From positions 8,379 through 72,378 of the forward strand of contig CAZKVD010000001.1 in NCBI GenBank assembly GCA_964556145.1: a DNA stretch of 64,000 nucleotides. The letters are read 5' to 3'. Origin of the DNA: an uncultured Bifidobacterium sp. GTDB lineage: Bacteria; Actinomycetota; Acidimicrobiia; Acidimicrobiales; Ilumatobacteraceae. Every line of letters begins with the position of its first letter. The stretch's first letter is position 1. The position numbers and the translations under genes are program-made. The notes under the pieces were generated by a model that ran no database searches, had not been told where the DNA came from, and worked only from the letters and a program-made list of their open reading frames with translations. Positions 61,112 through 64,000 of the stretch are shown piece by piece.

Positions 61112-64000
61112 GTGCGCACACGAGCAGGGGCACTTTTGATCGCGTTGTCACTGATGTGGGGTGCCGCAGGATGTGGTGTCAGCGAACCCACGGCAGGCGA
61201 CCCGCGCCAAACGGATTCAGTCGACGAAGAAGGCGATCGTGATCGCAACATCGCCGGTGCGATCGGCACGGGTGTACTCACCACGATGGTGACGAACGGC
61301 CTTGCAATGGGTCTCGGCGCCATTCCGGGAATGCCGAAAGAAATCACGGCGCTCTTCGGTGGGGGCGGGTCCGACAACACAGCGGTTTTGGAAGCGATTG
61401 CCCAGGTGGCTGAACAGATTCGGCAATTGGACGCAAAGGTCGACCAGGTCTTGGCAAATGTGCAGGCACTCGACGACAAGGTCGCCAGCCTCGCGGCCGC
61501 GGTCCAGGGACTTGCAGAACAACAATGCGCGTCGTCGAAGTTCGCGCGTGAGGCCGAAATCAAAGAAGTGATGACTCTCGTCAACGTCACGTACGACGTC
61601 CTGTATGCACCGAGTACCGGTATTGCGACGGGTGTCGTGACCGACATCAAAAATTCGAACGATGCCACGACAACCGCGAGCAGCGATGCCATCGGTGAGT
61701 TGAAGGGCCAGTACGACGTACTCCGGAGAAACCCAAAGTTCGACCTCGTCTTCGACTCGTTGTACGACGCTTTGCTCGGCGGGCAGAACGATCAAGCGGG
61801 CCTTGTTGCGCACATGATGGCATGCACTCTCCAGGCGAAACGCTTTCTCACCACCGGCGACACGGAACAGTGGCGCAACTATGTCGAGTACTTCATCGTC
61901 ATCGCCGCAAAGGCGTTGCAGTTGACGGCATTCGTCGAGGGTTTCCGCGCATATCTTGACAACAACGACGTCAATCTCGACACTTTGAATCGTGCGGCGA
62001 TTGGTTTCGAACGTCTGTCGCGCGGGTTGTTGTTCATGACGCAGAACCAAATTCCGCGCGGGCAGATACTCGACAGCAAGACCAACAAGATGTGGACAGC
62101 GGGCGGAACCTGGACCGGTCGTCTCCACGTGACCCGAGCCGTCGACGCGATGAACACGTGTGTGTCCAATGGTTCGCGCCTCGAGAACATCGCGCGCAAT
62201 CCGGGAGCGTCGCTCGACCCGAATGCGGTCGTTCGCCTGAAGGATTGCGTGACCACGACAACGCTCGATTCGGATGGTGAGACCGGTCAGTGGCGGATTC
62301 CGCAGATTTACGAGCTCGTCAAGACGGGTGGTCAATCGGGGACGGCCACGATTTCGTGGGCACCGCCCAGCCTTTTCGGACTGATCGACGGCTGGTCGGA
62401 TGCGAGAATTTGTGCCGGTGGCACATCAACTTGCGGTTCTCCGTCCGACTACCTGACAGCCGCCGGAGCAGCATCGCTCGTCGATCGATACCACGAGGGG
62501 CTCCAGTACGTGTGGTCGAACACTTCGCTTGCGGCGGCACGCGGTCCCCGTGACCGTGCAACGAATGCGATCATGAGAGAAAACGACAAGGCGATGGCTG
62601 GGCCGAACGGCTTCGTCAACATGACGGGTTACCACTACAACGGCGGCTGGATCAACGGCTCCAACTTCATGAGGCACTACCAGAGAAGTTGCCGTGAGGA
62701 GTTCAATGTCGCACCAGTCGACGTTGCGCAGTTCAATCGTTGCAACGCTGACTTTGACAACGATGAAATGGGCCCGCGTTGTCGGGCCATCATGGCGGGC
62801 AACCCGATGCCGTTCTCCATGGCCTCGGTCCAGGTGGCAAACCTGGGCACCCAGAAGCCTCCCGTATGGGGTGTCAGCGTTGCGAACGGGAATTACGGTC
62901 AGCATGCGGGTGTTTACAACACGTCAGCCGGCAAGACATCGACGTTCTTGGCCGCGAAGTCATTCTTCAATCAATACTTTGCGTGTGGAACCTTCCACGA
63001 GGATTGCGATTGGACAGGTTCCTGCGACAAGTGGGAGACCAAGGATTTCGAGTCTGTCCTTCCGCAGTACGCACAAGTGGTCTTGGTTCGAGACCTGTTT
63101 CAGGGCGAAAGGTATTTCTTCACCGACCGCGGTGCATCGCCGCGATCATGGGTTGAGCGAGCCAGGTTCGAGGCGCCAATCGTGCGCGTGACACTCGCCA
63201 ACGCGGGACGTACCCGAATCAGTGCGCTGCCCTCGCAGCCCGGCCGTACGATCGAGGCACGTTGCGTGGTCAACCCCGCAACGCCCCCCAAGAGGTTCGA
63301 TGAATTGCCCGAGACATCGGGCACTTGCAAGGTGTCGGGGGCATTCAGACTGAAGCCGGGCCCCCACAAGATCTACGTGATGGCCAAGGACAAGGCAGTC
63401 GGTGGCGTCGAGTCATCGATGACCGTGACCGAACTGAGCGTGGGTGGCCAACGACCTGCCCCTGCAACGGATGTCACCACGACCGCAGGCAATCAGTCGG
63501 TTGAGTTCACGCTCGCCACGATGTCGCCCGATTACGACTACTACGGCGAAGTCGTCGCGGTCGATCAACAGGCGCGACCCGTCCAGTGCAAGATCGAAGC
63601 AGCGACCAAGCGCTGCACCATCGGACAGTTGGTGAACAACACGCGCTATTCGGCCAAGGTCATCACAGCCTTCGGAGTGTTGACGTCGGATTCCGCTGGA
63701 CAAGAGGTGATTCCGTTCGGTGCGCCGCGAACTCCCATCGCAACGGTCACGAAACGTGGCAACGGGACGATCGAGTTCTCGATCGAATCGCCCGATTCCG
63801 CCGCCATCAAGACCCCGGTCACGCGCTTCGAACTGTCGGCCGAAGGAGCAACTCCGGTTGAATGCGAAGCCGCCACGCAGCCGACACGATGTGTCCTTTC
63901 GGGCTTGGACAACGAAGTTGTCTACGACGTCATTGCGAAGGCCGTCAATCGGTTCGGCGAGACAATCGGTGCCGCGCCTGTTGCCGCCCAGCCGCTGGCC
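61112..64000 (+). CDS. large lipoprotein (over 962 aa, 3' end beyond the window) with coiled-coil, Cys-rich middle region and FN3-like C-terminal modules
   Basis: My own translation from GTG 61112 (RBS GAGGGGGAG): VRTRAGALLIALSLMWGAAGCGVSEP... The frame stays open to position 64000. It is not in the ORF track because there is no stop, and the track shows only antisense shadows here. Confidence 0.75.
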   Translation, partial: MRTRAGALLIALSLMWGAAGCGVSEPTAGDPRQTDSVDEEGDRDRNIAGAIGTGVLTTMVTNGLAMGLGAIPGMPKEITALFGGGGSDNTAVLEAIAQVAEQIRQLDAKVDQVLANVQALDDKVASLAAAVQGLAEQQCASSKFAREAEIKEVMTLVNVTYDVLYAPSTGIATGVVTDIKNSNDATTTASSDAIGELKGQYDVLRRNPKFDLVFDSLYDALLGGQNDQAGLVAHMMACTLQAKRFLTTGDTEQWRNYVEYFIVIAAKALQLTAFVEGFRAYLDNNDVNLDTLNRAAIGFERLSRGLLFMTQNQIPRGQILDSKTNKMWTAGGTWTGRLHVTRAVDAMNTCVSNGSRLENIARNPGASLDPNAVVRLKDCVTTTTLDSDGETGQWRIPQIYELVKTGGQSGTATISWAPPSLFGLIDGWSDARICAGGTSTCGSPSDYLTAAGAASLVDRYHEGLQYVWSNTSLAAARGPRDRATNAIMRENDKAMAGPNGFVNMTGYHYNGGWINGSNFMRHYQRSCREEFNVAPVDVAQFNRCNADFDNDEMGPRCRAIMAGNPMPFSMASVQVANLGTQKPPVWGVSVANGNYGQHAGVYNTSAGKTSTFLAAKSFFNQYFACGTFHEDCDWTGSCDKWETKDFESVLPQYAQVVLVRDLFQGERYFFTDRGASPRSWVERARFEAPIVRVTLANAGRTRISALPSQPGRTIEARCVVNPATPPKRFDELPETSGTCKVSGAFRLKPGPHKIYVMAKDKAVGGVESSMTVTELSVGGQRPAPATDVTTTAGNQSVEFTLATMSPDYDYYGEVVAVDQQARPVQCKIEAATKRCTIGQLVNNTRYSAKVITAFGVLTSDSAGQEVIPFGAPRTPIATVTKRGNGTIEFSIESPDSAAIKTPVTRFELSAEGATPVECEAATQPTRCVLSGLDNEVVYDVIAKAVNRFGETIGAAPVAAQPLA

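Noticed and set aside
61075-62335. Minus-strand ORFs 61075..61692 (205 aa) and 61217..62335 (372 aa)
   Set aside because: They overlap each other and are antisense to an uninterrupted 963-codon plus-strand frame that has a lipoprotein signal, RBS and domain-like repeats.
1-64000. Search for mobile elements, prophage, defence islands (restriction enzymes, helicase/nuclease pairs, toxin-antitoxin, CRISPR-Cas), rRNA/tRNA genes
   Set aside because: No integrase, transposase, recombinase, terminal inverted repeats, cas genes or stable-RNA signatures were recognisable. Compositional shifts are limited to short AT-rich operator/promoter patches. Absence is by inspection only and should be confirmed with ISfinder, PADLOC/DefenseFinder, tRNAscan-SE and Infernal.

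Overview
GC-rich, gene-dense chromosomal segment of actinobacterial type: MMPL transporter, ECF sigma with ZAS anti-sigma, PPOX/F420-like, LPXTG and Tad-pilus genes. I support about 70 CDS on both strands. I recognised no rRNA, tRNA, CRISPR array, transposase, integrase or phage gene. Strong GC3 bias produces many long antisense or out-of-frame shadow ORFs in the supplied track. Several real genes are missing from that track because they are under 60 aa or run off the window edge.

Gene content, left to right:
- nitroreductase (truncated), NadR-like nucleotidyltransferase and a 1-Cys peroxiredoxin
- TetR plus MFS exporter
- CsoR-family regulator with a palindromic operator, followed by an MMPL transporter
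- polysaccharide deacetylase
- single-polypeptide ECF sigma/ZAS anti-sigma fusion plus a secreted RCC1 beta-propeller
- Liv-type ABC importer
- catabolic island: MaoC, three SDRs, two P450s, PPOX-like, Rieske oxygenase
- HtrA-like protease plus MoxR-DUF58-VWA
- TetR, methyltransferase and USP
- operon of LPXTG surface protein, GT4, (alpha/alpha)6-like protein and GH130
- gluzincin-like protein, NarL-type response regulator plus stand-alone ANTAR protein, prfC
- a roughly 8 kb operon (42.4-50.4 kb)
- a flp/tad pilus locus with two Sec-type RTX-repeat paralogs
- small redox/cupin genes
- two large lipoproteins, the second running off the right edge

Best candidate for an undescribed system: the core of the 8 kb operon is a complete Dlt-like, carrier-protein-dependent MBOAT acylation relay at 45186-49178. 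It comprises a carrier protein, an adenylating enzyme, an MBOAT, a DltD/SGNH-like protein and an unannotated 43-aa DltX-like micro-protein ending in YNNF. It is flanked by tailoring-type enzymes: OYE, TauD-family dioxygenase, a sulfotransferase-like protein and an FMN 2-hydroxyacid oxidase. All functional calls come from motif reading by eye, with no database search.
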